A DNA stretch of 64,000 bases from a bacterium (GCA_963665755.1 OY762445.1:146224-210223), one strand, 5' to 3'; shown: positions 17,860 through 28,656, counted from the first letter of the stretch. A program made the numbers and translations. Notes: generated by a model not told the origin, from the letters alone.

Positions 17860-19875
17860 TTATTCCTGCATGGATTCCGCCACGATCTCGGCGATATCCC
17901 GGACCCGCATGGGTTCGCCGGCCCGCTTGTTGGCGTCGTTCATCATTCTGGCACAGAAGGGACAGCCCACGGCCAGGGTGTCCGCCCCGGTTTCTCTGGC
18001 CTCCCGGAAGCGATTATCACTGACCGCTTCCCTGCCTTCTTCTTCTTCTTTCCAGACCTGGGCGCCGCCCGCTCCGCAGCAGAATGACCGGTTCCTGCTC
18101 CGGGCCATCTCCACCAGGTTTGGCCCGGCGGCCGCCAGCGCTTCCCGAGGCGCTTCGTACTCGCCGCCGTGGCGTCCAAGATAACACGGGTCGTGATAGG
18201 TTGTCCGCGTCTCATCCTCTCCGTTTACCGCGATCCTGCCGTCGTTCCTGAGATCGGCGATGAGCTGCGTGTGGTGCATGACCTCGTAACGCCCGCCCAG
18301 CGCGCCGTACTCGTTCTTCAGGGTATGGAGGCAATGGGGGCAACCCGTAACGATGCGTTTACGGTCGGCGCCCGCCGCGTTCAACGTTTCGATGTTGCCT
18401 TCGGCAGCCATACTGAAAAGATACTCGTTTCCGGCCCTTCGCGCCAGATCTCCCGTGCAGGACTCGTCGTTTCCGAGCACGGCGAAGTCTACACCGGACC
18501 GGTGCATGACCGTGGCGATGGCCCGTGCCGTGTCCCGGGCGCCCGGGTCGAATGCGCCGGCGCAGCCGACCCATAGCAGCACGTCGTAGTCCGGATTCTC
18601 CGCGACGGTCGGCACCTTGAAATCCAGCTCCCTGGTCCACTCCATCCGGTCTCCGGCCATTTGCCATGGATTGCCGTTCCGTTCGATTCCGGTAAAGGCA
18701 CCTTTCAGTTCATTCGGAAAGGCACTTTCCATCAGCACCTGGTTCTGGCGCATGGAGAGGATGTCGAACATGGGTTCGTTGCCGACGGGGCAGGCTTCGG
18801 TACAGGCCCCGCAGGTCGTACACGCCCACAACGCGCTTTCGCTCATGGCGTAGGTGAGTAGTGGTTCTTCGTCGCCTCCACCCGTCGCCAGGGATTTCAT
18901 GTGATCGCGAAGGTGGAACCGCTTGTTCACCTCGAGTGCAGCGGGAGACAATTCCTTGCCGGTGGCATAGGCCGGGCAGGCGTCCTGGCACCGGTTGCAC
19001 ATGATGCAGGCGAAGGCGTCCGTAATGTGGGTCCGGTTCAGGTCGGTGATCCGGGCGGCGCCGAACTGCTCTACGGTTTCATCCTCTAAATCCAGGGCAT
19101 CCATCGTACCGGGACTGCTTCGATCCGGGGACGTCATCAGGTTGAAGGGGCCCATGAACAGATGGGCATGTTTCGAATAGGGGAACCAGGGCAGGAAGGC
19201 CAGCACCAGCCCGACGGCGATCCACCAACTGGCATGCAGGCCTGCCGTCAGGAATGAAGGTTCCAGATCCGCCCAGAGTCCGGCTGCCAGCGCGGCAACA
19301 GGCTGCCAGGGGTCCGGTCCGTGTATGGCGATGTCGAAAGAAGCGCCCAGCAGCCGGAAACCGACGTGGCCGAGGATGAAAAACCCCACGATCAGGGAAT
19401 CGCGCTTGATGCCGTCCACCGCGCCCGGGTGCAATTTAACCTGCGGAGCGACGTCGAGGGTCCTGGACTTCACGATGAATCGTCGGATGAGCAGGACAGC
19501 CATACCTGCCAGCACCGCCGCGGTCATTAGATCGACGAGGAGCCGATATATCCGCCCGGCGGCGTTCTCGCCCGGGAAAACGAAGCCGGGTACCATGCCT
19601 TCCAGCACGTCTATCAGGTTGACTGCCACGTAGAGGATAAACCCCCACGCGATCGCCGTGTGGGCCAGGGAAACGAAAGGCCGGTTTCGGATCATGTTGT
19701 TCTGGCTGACCATTGCCTTGATCCCGGTCATCAACCGGCCGGCAGGTCTGTCCCAGGACAGGCGCCCCTGGCCTCGCGTAATTATGCGGATCATGCGCCG
19801 AAAGGTGACGGATGCCAGGTACAGCGAGACCACTGCGACGATCGCAAAGAGGATTTTTTCGATGGGAGAAAGCAT
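17860..19875 (-). CDS. membrane-bound Fe-S oxidoreductase: HdrE/DsrM/NarI-like TM domain fused to an HdrD/DsrK-like module (2x 4Fe-4S + 2x CCG); ETF:quinone oxidoreductase-like (EMO-type)
   Basis: N-terminal 5-6 TM helices with conserved His. CIMCNRCQDACP and CTTCGACTEACP ferredoxin motifs. Two CCG-type cysteine clusters (GCAGAF; CCGAGG). Sits directly upstream of etfA. Confidence 0.75.
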   Translation of the reverse strand: MLSPIEKILFAIVAVVSLYLASVTFRRMIRIITRGQGRLSWDRPAGRLMTGIKAMVSQNNMIRNRPFVSLAHTAIAWGFILYVAVNLIDVLEGMVPGFVFPGENAAGRIYRLLVDLMTAAVLAGMAVLLIRRFIVKSRTLDVAPQVKLHPGAVDGIKRDSLIVGFFILGHVGFRLLGASFDIAIHGPDPWQPVAALAAGLWADLEPSFLTAGLHASWWIAVGLVLAFLPWFPYSKHAHLFMGPFNLMTSPDRSSPGTMDALDLEDETVEQFGAARITDLNRTHITDAFACIMCNRCQDACPAYATGKELSPAALEVNKRFHLRDHMKSLATGGGDEEPLLTYAMSESALWACTTCGACTEACPVGNEPMFDILSMRQNQVLMESAFPNELKGAFTGIERNGNPWQMAGDRMEWTRELDFKVPTVAENPDYDVLLWVGCAGAFDPGARDTARAIATVMHRSGVDFAVLGNDESCTGDLARRAGNEYLFSMAAEGNIETLNAAGADRKRIVTGCPHCLHTLKNEYGALGGRYEVMHHTQLIADLRNDGRIAVNGEDETRTTYHDPCYLGRHGGEYEAPREALAAAGPNLVEMARSRNRSFCCGAGGAQVWKEEEEGREAVSDNRFREARETGADTLAVGCPFCARMMNDANKRAGEPMRVRDIAEIVAESMQE

Positions 19876-19933
19876 CGGCGTCCTGCGATCTCGATGTGCC
19901 GCCGAGTGAAGACGCGATGCACGGTGTGCCGGA

Positions 19934-20920
19934 TTACCGGCCCAGCCGTTTCTTCACTTCTTCCGCTATGGCGGGCAGGTAGCTGAACAGGTCGCCGGCG
20001 ATACCGTAGTGAGCGTACTTGTAGATCGGCACGTCGGCGTCCTTGTTGATGGCAACGATCACACGGGCGTTTTTCATGCCCGCCAGGTGCTGAATCGCAC
20101 CGGAGATCCCACAGGCAATGTACAAATCGGGCTGTACCGTTTTCCCGGTCTGGCCGACCTGGTGGGCATAGGGGATCCAACCGGCGTCCACCGCGGCCCG
20201 GCTCGCGCCGAGCGCGCCGCCCAGGGCGTCAGCCAGTTCCCGTACTGGCTGAAAGCCCTCCGGTCCGCCCACGCCGCGGCCGCCGGAAACGATGATGCTT
20301 GCTTCGGTCAGGCTGACCTTGCCGTCCGCGGTCGCGACGGACTCCACCCGGGTTGGGATATCGTCTTCTGCCAGGTCGGCAGGAATGTCGACGGCTTCCC
20401 CGGTCCTGGTTTCATCCCGGGTGGCGGGTTGGAATACATTGCGCCGTACCGTGATGATCCGGTGTCCGGTCCCTGTGAATTTAATGGTGGAAACCAGGTT
20501 GCCCACCAGGGCCGGTCGGACCGCGACCAACTGGTCTCCCTCGATGTGCAGATCCGTGCAGTCCGGCGCCAGGCCCGCATCGGTGAGGGCGGCGACATAG
20601 GCCGTTAGCTCGAGGCCGGCCGTACTCGCCCCCGCCAGGATTACGGTGGGCGGTTCGTTCTCCAGTATCCGCGCCAGCAGTTTCGCATAGGGCTCCACCC
20701 GGTAACGGCTCAGAGAAGCGTCTTCCGTGGTATATACGCGGTCCGCGCCGGCTTCGATGGCCTGCCTTGCGATATCGCCGACCTGGTCGCCGAAAACGAC
20801 GGCGGTCAGGGATCCGCCGAGATCCCCGGCGACTTTCACCGCGGCGGCCATCGCCTGCCAGACGATCGGGTCCGCCTGCCCATCCTCCTGCTCAATCCAT
20901 ACGAGTACGTTGCTTGCCAT
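19934..20920 (-). CDS. etfA: electron transfer flavoprotein alpha subunit
   Basis: Canonical EtfA N-terminal fold and C-terminal FAD-binding domain; follows etfB by 15 bp. Confidence 0.85.
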   Translation of the reverse strand: MASNVLVWIEQEDGQADPIVWQAMAAAVKVAGDLGGSLTAVVFGDQVGDIARQAIEAGADRVYTTEDASLSRYRVEPYAKLLARILENEPPTVILAGASTAGLELTAYVAALTDAGLAPDCTDLHIEGDQLVAVRPALVGNLVSTIKFTGTGHRIITVRRNVFQPATRDETRTGEAVDIPADLAEDDIPTRVESVATADGKVSLTEASIIVSGGRGVGGPEGFQPVRELADALGGALGASRAAVDAGWIPYAHQVGQTGKTVQPDLYIACGISGAIQHLAGMKNARVIVAINKDADVPIYKYAHYGIAGDLFSYLPAIAEEVKKRLGR

Positions 20921-20935
20921 CTGAGATGTTTCCGC

Positions 20936-21727
20936 CTAAATGACCTTTTCTTCCATCAGCCGGTCTACCAGGTGCCTGGCCGCGTCTGCGGGATCGCCAT
21001 CGATCATTTCGACATTCCCCTCCCTGATTGGGGGAAGCTCCGCCTGCCAGGCGACCTTCGAAGCACCGGCACCTACAGCGGACGCATCGAGACCGAGATC
21101 TTCACATTTCCAAATGGGAATACTGGCCCTGGCCGCCTTGCGAATGCCGATGAGGCTCGGGTACCTGGGCTCGTTGATCTCCTTGACGACGGTGATCAGG
21201 GCCGGAAGGCCGCTGGTGACCGTTTCCCGGGCACGCTCCAGCAGGCGTACGGCCGTGATGGTCCGGGCCGACGGGTCCAGGTTCTTGAGATCCGCCACGT
21301 AGGAGATGAGCGGGACGCCGAGCAAGGCCGCGATCTGCACGGCCGTCGCGGCGGTATTGCCGTCTATCGCCGCCCTGCCGCCCACAATCAGATCGAATGC
21401 ACCGATCCTGCGGATGGCGGCGACCAGGATGCGCGCCGAAGTAAGGCAGTCGCTGTCCGCCATGACTGGGTCGGAGACAAGAATGGCTTCATCCACCCCC
21501 ATGGCCAGGGCGGTCTTCAACGCGTCGGCGGCTTCGGGAGGTCCCAGGCAAAGGGCGGTCACCTTGCCGCCATGCTCCTCCCGGGTCTGTATGGCCGTCT
21601 CCAGGGTGTATTCGTCCCAGGGATTGACGATCCGCGGTCCGCCCTCGGCGGAGAGTCTCATGCCGTCCATGGCGGCGGACAACTGTGCCGTATCGGGCGT
21701 CTGCTTCACCAGGGCGATGATATTCAA
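20936..21727 (-). CDS. etfB: electron transfer flavoprotein beta subunit
   Basis: Canonical EtfB sequence features; 263 aa. Confidence 0.85.
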   Translation of the reverse strand: MNIIALVKQTPDTAQLSAAMDGMRLSAEGGPRIVNPWDEYTLETAIQTREEHGGKVTALCLGPPEAADALKTALAMGVDEAILVSDPVMADSDCLTSARILVAAIRRIGAFDLIVGGRAAIDGNTAATAVQIAALLGVPLISYVADLKNLDPSARTITAVRLLERARETVTSGLPALITVVKEINEPRYPSLIGIRKAARASIPIWKCEDLGLDASAVGAGASKVAWQAELPPIREGNVEMIDGDPADAARHLVDRLMEEKVI

Positions 21728-21766
21728 CTAAACGTTTCCTTGTCATCACAGTACGGCTGTACGTGG

Positions 21767-22969
21767 TCAGTTCTGCCAGCAATCCGGATCGTAGCCGGGC
21801 ATTTCGCACCGGAGCGGCCGGTCGGTCCGGTTGCCGAACACGTAATCAGCCTGCATGAGCTGGTGTATCTGCGACGTGCCCTCGTAGATCACGGCGCTCT
21901 TGCTGTTGCGCAGATGGCGTTCCACGTCGTATTCGTCGGAGTATCCGTAGGCGCCGTGCACCTGCACCGCGTCGCTGGCCGTGGCGAAGGCCGATTCGGT
22001 GCAGTACCACTTGGCCATGCTCGTCTCGCGTGTGTTCCGTACGCCCCGGTTCTTAAGCCAGCCGACCTTGCGCACCGCCAGTTCGCCCAGGTCGATACGC
22101 TGCTTCATCTGGGCGATGAGTTGTTTCACGAGTTGATGGTCGCCGATAGGCTGGCCGAAAGTCCGCCGCTGGCGGGCGTACGACACGGACGCTTCCAGGC
22201 AGTATTTCATCAGGCCGACAGCACCCGCCGCGACGGTATAGCGGGCATTGTCCAGGCAGGACATGGCGATTTTGAATCCTTCTCCTTCTTCTCCAAGCCG
22301 ATGGGTTTCCGGCACGGGGACCTCGTCCATGTTGATCCAGCCCGTGTTGCTTGCCCGCACCCCCATCTTGCCCTTTATGGTACCGGTGGTCAGTCCTTCC
22401 CAGCCGCGCTCCAACAGGAATGCAGTGATACCGCGCGTACCCTCTTCCTGACTGGTTTTAGCAAAAACGAGGAACCTGTCGGCCACGTCCGAAAGTGTGA
22501 TCCACATTTTCTCGCCGCTGACCAGGTAGGTATCACCCTTCTTCCGTGCACGGCTGGTCATGGCGGCCACGTCTGATCCCGCGCCGGGCTCCGTCAGCCC
22601 GAAACAGGCGATGTGCTCACCCGTGGCCAGGGAAGGGAGGAACCGTTCCTTCTGCTCCTCCGTGCCCCACTGAAAGAGGGGCAGGGCGTGCAGCCCAAGG
22701 TGGACGGCAATCGTCTCCCGGATCGAAGAGTCGGCCCACTCCAGGCCCTCCGAAAGCAGTCCCAGGGAAATAAAGTCCATGCCGGCCCCGTCGTAACGAA
22801 CCGGGAGGCAGATACCCATGAATCCCTGGGCGGCCATCTTGGGCAGCAATTCGTGGGGAAAGGTACCGTTTCGATCATGTTCCCTGATGGTCGGAAGGAT
22901 CTCGTTGCGGGCGAAATCGTAGACCATCCGTTCCACCATTTTCTGTTCTTCGCTTAACTCGAATTCCAT
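21767..22969 (-). CDS. acyl-CoA dehydrogenase
   Basis: ACAD N-terminal, middle and C-terminal domains ([17 protein letters not shown]). First gene of the minus-strand operon that continues into etfBA. Confidence 0.85.
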   Translation of the reverse strand: MEFELSEEQKMVERMVYDFARNEILPTIREHDRNGTFPHELLPKMAAQGFMGICLPVRYDGAGMDFISLGLLSEGLEWADSSIRETIAVHLGLHALPLFQWGTEEQKERFLPSLATGEHIACFGLTEPGAGSDVAAMTSRARKKGDTYLVSGEKMWITLSDVADRFLVFAKTSQEEGTRGITAFLLERGWEGLTTGTIKGKMGVRASNTGWINMDEVPVPETHRLGEEGEGFKIAMSCLDNARYTVAAGAVGLMKYCLEASVSYARQRRTFGQPIGDHQLVKQLIAQMKQRIDLGELAVRKVGWLKNRGVRNTRETSMAKWYCTESAFATASDAVQVHGAYGYSDEYDVERHLRNSKSAVIYEGTSQIHQLMQADYVFGNRTDRPLRCEMPGYDPDCWQN

Positions 22970-23266
22970 GGGCGTGATTCACCGATCCGTGGGTAGTTTG
23001 TTATTTCATTATACCTGTACTGTTTGCCGCGCGAAAAACCGAACAGAAAGACCGGTGTCCGCAATCACCCGTATTTACTGGAATCGCTGTTGCATGTCAA
23101 GGGTAGAGTGGCAGACGAGAGGGGATGTTATTCAATCGAAGAAGCGGCTGATCTTTAGCAGTCGACGGAAGGCCTTTCAAGCCAGGGAGTGGACAGCAAG
23201 GCATGGCGAGTGGCAACCCGTCGACAGACAGGCTGCCTCGCAGAAGGACGGTCTGCTGTACGGAGC

Positions 23267-24451
23267 TCAACTGCCAGCCGCCCCGGCCGCTTTGCTGAAG
23301 TCTCTTCCGGGCTTTGCAGCCGGCCGGGTCACGGGGATGTCCCGCATGACTTCGAGGAACCGGTCCACGTCACCGTCCGTATTGTAGAAATGGGTGGAAA
23401 CACGGGCTCTTCCCACTCCGCCATAGGCTCCGAAGATCAGTACGTTCTGATCCTCCAGGGCCTGGGTGACGGCGTTGACATCCTCGGCGGTAAAACAGAC
23501 GTTGCCTGCCCGTTCCTTGGGCGCCCTGGGCGTGATGACTTCCCAGCCCAACTCCGTCAGGCCATCCCATACGCGGGTACTCAACCGCAGCACGTGGTCC
23601 TCGATCCGGTCGATGCCGATGCCCAGCAGGCAGTCGAGGGCGTTGTCCAGGATGTAAACCCCGATCCAGGTCTCGTTGCCTGGCGTAAACCTGCTGGCAT
23701 CCGCCCGGGGAATGTATGCGGAGGGTTCCTTCCAGTCGGGAAGATAGGCCGGAGTGTGCCAGCCCACAAAGGGAGGACTGAGTTCGGGTACACGTTCCCG
23801 GTTCCAGTAGAATATGCCCACGCCATGCACGGCCATGAGCCACTTGTAGCAACTCGACACGACGAAGTCCGCGTATCTCGCTTTGATCGGAACGGCGCCT
23901 GCGGAGTGGGTCACGTCGAGGCAGAGCAGGGCGTTCTTGCGATGCACGAGATCGGACAATTCCGGTAGTGGAAGACGTTGGCCCGTGAAGTAACTGACAT
24001 GACTCACGTTGACCACCCTGGTGTTCTCATCTATTGCTTTGTCAAGTTCATCCAAGTCTATGCGCCAGTTGTTGTTTTCAACGATCCGAAGCTCCACGCC
24101 CCGCTTCTTCAACAGGGTCCATGGAAGCACGTCCGAGGGAAACTCCACGTCGGCAACCACCACGTTGTCACCGGGTTTCCAGTCCAGGCCGTAGACGAGC
24201 AGGTTGATGCCCTCCGATGTAGAGGTCAGGAAACCAATATCATCGGCCGCGACGCCGAATAGACATCCGACTTTTTCCTTGCATTCCCCGGATACCACCT
24301 CGAGCCGCCTGCGTCCCTCTTCTCCCAGCAGCTTGTCCTCGAAGAAACGGTGGACCGCGTCACCGTGCGTTTTCAGCATAGGCGACTCGCCGCCTGTACA
24401 CAGGTGGGTAATCCCCTGGGTTCCAATGAACTCGGATTGATCGATCAACAT
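23267..24451 (-). CDS. class-V aminotransferase-fold PLP-dependent enzyme (cysteine desulfurase/kynureninase-like)
   Basis: SCYKWL PLP-lysine motif. AGGAGA SD before ATG at 24451. The longer ORF-track start at 24604 has no SD. Confidence 0.7.
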   Translation of the reverse strand: MLIDQSEFIGTQGITHLCTGGESPMLKTHGDAVHRFFEDKLLGEEGRRRLEVVSGECKEKVGCLFGVAADDIGFLTSTSEGINLLVYGLDWKPGDNVVVADVEFPSDVLPWTLLKKRGVELRIVENNNWRIDLDELDKAIDENTRVVNVSHVSYFTGQRLPLPELSDLVHRKNALLCLDVTHSAGAVPIKARYADFVVSSCYKWLMAVHGVGIFYWNRERVPELSPPFVGWHTPAYLPDWKEPSAYIPRADASRFTPGNETWIGVYILDNALDCLLGIGIDRIEDHVLRLSTRVWDGLTELGWEVITPRAPKERAGNVCFTAEDVNAVTQALEDQNVLIFGAYGGVGRARVSTHFYNTDGDVDRFLEVMRDIPVTRPAAKPGRDFSKAAGAAGS

Positions 24452-24746
24452 CGGTTTCTCCTGGTGAACATGGTGCGGTAATGATGCGTCTGAACCGACA
24501 TTACAAAATAGGGCGCTACGCCATCGGTGTACAGCAAATTCAACGCGGATCTTTCCCTGTGTGCCCCATCCCTTGTCCCGCCGATGGATATTTGATCCGA
24601 CCATGAAATCACGGACCCTGAACTCATGCCCGAAGATGCATCAGCGGAACTTTCAATAAATCGAACGAGTGCTTATTTTAGTTGGTCGCATGTTGTCACG
24701 CTCTATATTGGAATCAACTAGATCACTCCTCCCCCGGTTACGTGTT

Positions 24747-25727
24747 ATGGTTCTTGATTTCCACACCCATTTCTATACCTCCGCTTACCTTGACGAGATC
24801 GAAAAGGGAGGATACCAGGCGGTGCTGGTCAGGGATACCGACGGCAATCGCCTGCTGAAGCTGGATGGCGATTACAGCATGATCGCGCCGGGTCATTTCG
24901 ATGCCGACCGGGTGATCGAGCACATGGACCGGCATGGCGTGGAACGGCAACTCCTCACCTTTTCCATCCCGGGACTGCACGTCGAGGAGCCCGATGCCGG
25001 CCGCCGTCTCGCCCGGGTCGTGAACGAGGCTCTGGCCGAAACCGTCACCCGCCATCCCGACCGGCTGTCGGCCCTGGCCGTCCTTCCCCTGCAGGATCCG
25101 GCCGCTTCAGCGGCGGAACTGGTCCGCGCCGTGGAGTCGCTGAACCTGCGGGGCGGGCTGCTGTTCTCGAACATAAACGGCAAGTCCCCGGGGGATTACG
25201 TGTTTCACGAACTCTATGCCGCCGCGTCGACGCTGGACGTACCGCTTTTCCTGCACCCTACCAGTCCACCATCGATAAAACCATTTTTGCAGTACAGGCT
25301 TACGCCCATTGCGGGATTTCCCTTCGACACCACCCTGGCAGCCATCCAATTGGTGCTTAGCGGAACGATGGCGGCTTTCCCCGACTTGAAGATCGTACTC
25401 GGCAACCTGGGAGGGACCATCCCGTTTCTTGCGGGCCGGATCGATCAGGGGTATATTTCCTATCCCGAGGCCAGCGAAAAGCTGGACCGGCCACCGTCTG
25501 CATACCTCAGGAACATGTACTTCGAATCCGCGGGCATGCCCAGCGGCGGGGCGCTTCGCCTGGCGATCGACTTCGCCGGTGTCGATCGCGTGATGTTCGG
25601 TTCAGACTTCCCCCAGCAGATCGCCGATGTCGACCTGGGACTTAGAATCATTGAAGAACAGGGGCTGGATGAAGCGGACAGGCAGCGAATCGTCGGCCGG
25701 AACGCGGCAGGTCTTTTGAAGATATAA
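24747..25727 (+). CDS. amidohydrolase-2 family metal-dependent hydrolase (ACMSD-like TIM barrel)
   Basis: N-terminal D-x-H-x-H (LDFHTHFY) and a distal FGSDFP motif. Start ambiguous among 24669, 24690 and 24747. Confidence 0.65.
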   Translation: MVLDFHTHFYTSAYLDEIEKGGYQAVLVRDTDGNRLLKLDGDYSMIAPGHFDADRVIEHMDRHGVERQLLTFSIPGLHVEEPDAGRRLARVVNEALAETVTRHPDRLSALAVLPLQDPAASAAELVRAVESLNLRGGLLFSNINGKSPGDYVFHELYAAASTLDVPLFLHPTSPPSIKPFLQYRLTPIAGFPFDTTLAAIQLVLSGTMAAFPDLKIVLGNLGGTIPFLAGRIDQGYISYPEASEKLDRPPSAYLRNMYFESAGMPSGGALRLAIDFAGVDRVMFGSDFPQQIADVDLGLRIIEEQGLDEADRQRIVGRNAAGLLKI

Positions 25728-25748
25728 GGCTGTTCACGGGTAAGATTT

Positions 25749-25808
25749 AAATACCGTAATGCCAGGTAAAATACCGTAATGCCAAGCAAAATACCGTAAT
25801 GCCAGGCA
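25749..25808. repeat. 3 x 20-bp AT-rich tandem direct repeat (AAATACCGTAATGCCARGYA) in the polA upstream region
   Basis: Three adjacent units read directly: aaataccgtaatgccaggta / aaataccgtaatgccaagca / aaataccgtaatgccaggca. Confidence 0.9.
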
Positions 25809-25893
25809 AACAAGCTATAACAACAACGGCCGTGGATGGTGCGGGTTGCACCCGCCGCGGATCGGTTCCCTCGAAGCCGGAGCTCTAAACCTG

Positions 25894-28656
25894 ATGACCG
25901 AGTCTCAGAAGACCCTCTTTCTCCTGGATGGCATGGCCCTGGCCTACCGCGGTCATTTCGGCTTGATCCGCAACCCGAGGATGACCTCGACGGGCATGAA
26001 CGTTTCCATGGTGTTCGCCATCGCCAATACCATTCTGGGCATTCTGAACAAGAACAGGCCCACCCACATCGCCGCGGTGTTCGACACGCCCGAACCCACC
26101 CACCGGCACAAGCAGTACGCCGAGTACAAGGCGCAGCGGGACGCCATGCCCGAGGACCTGAGTATAGCTCTGCCCTACCTGTTCCGGTTGATCGAAGGTT
26201 TCAACATCCCGGTGATCCGCGTGCCCGGCTGGGAGGCCGACGACGTGATCGGCACCCTCGCGAAACAGGCCGACGAAGCGGGGTATACTACTTTCATGGT
26301 CACGCCGGACAAGGACTACGCGCAACTCGTCTCGGAGCAGTCCTTCATCTGCAAGCCCGGGAACACCGGGGACAACTTCGAAACCATGGGTGTGGATGAC
26401 GTGCTGGAGAAATGGGGGATCGAACGGATCGACCAGGTAATCGACATGCTTGGCCTGATGGGTGACGCCAGCGACAATGTGCCCGGCGTTCCGGGAGTCG
26501 GCGAGAAGACCGCGCAGAAGCTCATCGCACAGTTCGGTTCCGTGGAGAATCTGCTTGAGAACACGGAACAGTTGAAGGGCAAGCAGAAAGAGCGGATCGA
26601 GGAAAGCCGGGATATGGCCCTGTTATCGAAGAGTCTCGTCACCATCGAACGGAACGTCCCGCTCGAGGTCACGCCGGATTCGTTCACCGTGAAAGACAGG
26701 CGCGATGAGGACCTGAAGAAGCTGTTCGTCGAACTGGAGTTCAATACCCTGGGCAAGCGGCTATTCGGCGACGACTTCTCGGCGGCGCCAAGGTTGACCG
26801 TCGCCGGCAGCCAGGAAGACCTGTTCTCCGATGACCAGTTGAAGACGATTGCGGACGTGAAGCACGATTACCGGTGCGTCGATAGCCCCGAATCCCGCGC
26901 CGCGCTCATCGCAGCACTGTCCCGTGCCTCTTCTTTCTGCTTCGACATGGAGACGACCAGCCTTGATCCCAAGACCTGCGAGATCCTCGGTTTTGCCTTC
27001 GCGATCGAATCCCATACCGGATTCTACGTGCCCATGCCTGACGGACGGGAGGATGTACTGCGGGTCGCAGACGAATTCCAATTCCTCTTCGACGATACCG
27101 GCAAGGAACTCATCGGGCACAACATCAAGTTCGATCTGTCCGTGCTCCGGTGGCACGGCATCACGGTGTCCTGCCGCATCTTCGATACGATGCTCGCAGC
27201 CTACGTGACCGTGCCGGACCTGCGGAGGACCATGGACTACCTGTCGCAGGCCCTCCTGGGCTACACGCCGATCTCCATCACCACCCTCATCGGCGAGAAG
27301 GGCGAAGAGCAGGGCACGCTCAAGGATGCACCGCTGGAGAAAGTCGTCGAATACGCGGCGGAAGACGCGGATGTCACGCTGCAGCTCGCGGCATTGCTGC
27401 GGCCCCGGATCGGCGAGATGAACCAGGATACCGTCTTCACCGACATCGAGTGTCCCCTGGTGCCCGCCCTGGTGGAAATGGAACACGAAGGCGTGCGGAT
27501 GGACGTGGGGCAGCTAGAGCACCTGTCCAGCCTGCTGGACGAGGAGATACAGCGGTCCTCGGACCGGATCACCGAACTGGCAGGGGAACCCGTCGATTTC
27601 AATTCGGCAAAACAGCTTGGTCACATCCTCTTCGACAAGTTGCAGATCGATCCAAACGCAAAGCGCACAGCCAAGACCGGGCAGTATTCAACGGCGGAAG
27701 CCGTGCTCCGCAGACTGGCGCCCAAGCACGAAATCGTGGAGCAGATCCTTCATTACCGGATGTGTACCAAGCTCAATTCCGTGTACGTGAGCCAACTGCC
27801 CCATTCCGTATTCCAGCAAACCGGTCGGGTACATACCTCCTATGAACAGGCCGTGATTGCCACCGGCCGAATCCAGTCCCACGGACCCAACCTACAGACC
27901 ATTCCGGTCCGCACGGAGATGGGCCGCCAGATCCGAAAGGCCTTCGTGCCCCGGGACGACGACTTTTTTTTGATGGCTGCGGACTATTCCCAGATCGAAC
28001 TGCGCATCGCGGCCGAACTCAGCCGGGACGAAGGCATGATGGAGACCTTCATTCAGAAAGAGGACATCCACTCCGCTACGGCCATGAAAATCTATGACGT
28101 GGATCATGACAGGGTGACAGACGAGATGCGCAGGCGCGCCAAGACCGTCAATTTCGGCATCATCTACGGCATCTCCGCCTTCGGGCTGGCCGAACGCCTC
28201 AACATCCCGAGGGGACAGGGCCAGGAATTGATCGACCAGTACTTCGCGAAGTATCCCGGCACGCGCAAATACATGGACGAAACGATCAAATTCGCGGAAG
28301 AGAACGGTTTCGTAGAGACCATGACCGGTCGGCGTCGGTACCTGCGTGACATCAATTCGCGGAACAACACGACCAAGCGCGCCGAGGAGCGTGTCGCCAT
28401 CAACTCCCGCATCCAGGGCACGGCGGCCGACCTGATCAAGCTGGCCATGACCCGGATCCACGAAGAACTGAAAAATCGGGAATGCCGGACGCGCATGCTT
28501 TTGCAGGTGCATGATGAGCTCGTATTCGACCTGCATAAATCGGAAGAAGACTCCCTGCCCGGGCTGATCGAGGAGTGCATGCGGGGCGCGCTGCCCATGA
28601 CCGTGCCCATCGAGGTGGAGATCGGCATCGGCGCGAACTGGCTGGAAGCGCACTAG
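25894..28656 (+). CDS. polA: DNA polymerase I
   Basis: 5'-3' exonuclease, 3'-5' exonuclease and polymerase domains. Polymerase motifs RRRAKTVNFGIIYG and LLQVHDELV present. Confidence 0.9.
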   Translation: MTESQKTLFLLDGMALAYRGHFGLIRNPRMTSTGMNVSMVFAIANTILGILNKNRPTHIAAVFDTPEPTHRHKQYAEYKAQRDAMPEDLSIALPYLFRLIEGFNIPVIRVPGWEADDVIGTLAKQADEAGYTTFMVTPDKDYAQLVSEQSFICKPGNTGDNFETMGVDDVLEKWGIERIDQVIDMLGLMGDASDNVPGVPGVGEKTAQKLIAQFGSVENLLENTEQLKGKQKERIEESRDMALLSKSLVTIERNVPLEVTPDSFTVKDRRDEDLKKLFVELEFNTLGKRLFGDDFSAAPRLTVAGSQEDLFSDDQLKTIADVKHDYRCVDSPESRAALIAALSRASSFCFDMETTSLDPKTCEILGFAFAIESHTGFYVPMPDGREDVLRVADEFQFLFDDTGKELIGHNIKFDLSVLRWHGITVSCRIFDTMLAAYVTVPDLRRTMDYLSQALLGYTPISITTLIGEKGEEQGTLKDAPLEKVVEYAAEDADVTLQLAALLRPRIGEMNQDTVFTDIECPLVPALVEMEHEGVRMDVGQLEHLSSLLDEEIQRSSDRITELAGEPVDFNSAKQLGHILFDKLQIDPNAKRTAKTGQYSTAEAVLRRLAPKHEIVEQILHYRMCTKLNSVYVSQLPHSVFQQTGRVHTSYEQAVIATGRIQSHGPNLQTIPVRTEMGRQIRKAFVPRDDDFFLMAADYSQIELRIAAELSRDEGMMETFIQKEDIHSATAMKIYDVDHDRVTDEMRRRAKTVNFGIIYGISAFGLAERLNIPRGQGQELIDQYFAKYPGTRKYMDETIKFAEENGFVETMTGRRRYLRDINSRNNTTKRAEERVAINSRIQGTAADLIKLAMTRIHEELKNRECRTRMLLQVHDELVFDLHKSEEDSLPGLIEECMRGALPMTVPIEVEIGIGANWLEAH

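Noticed and set aside
20972-22576. 534-aa plus-strand ORF
   Set aside because: Antisense to etfB and the acyl-CoA dehydrogenase, both of which have strong family signatures on the minus strand.
25749-25808. Possible CRISPR array
   Set aside because: Only three 20-bp units, directly abutting with no spacers and no cas genes anywhere in the window. Treated as a simple tandem repeat.
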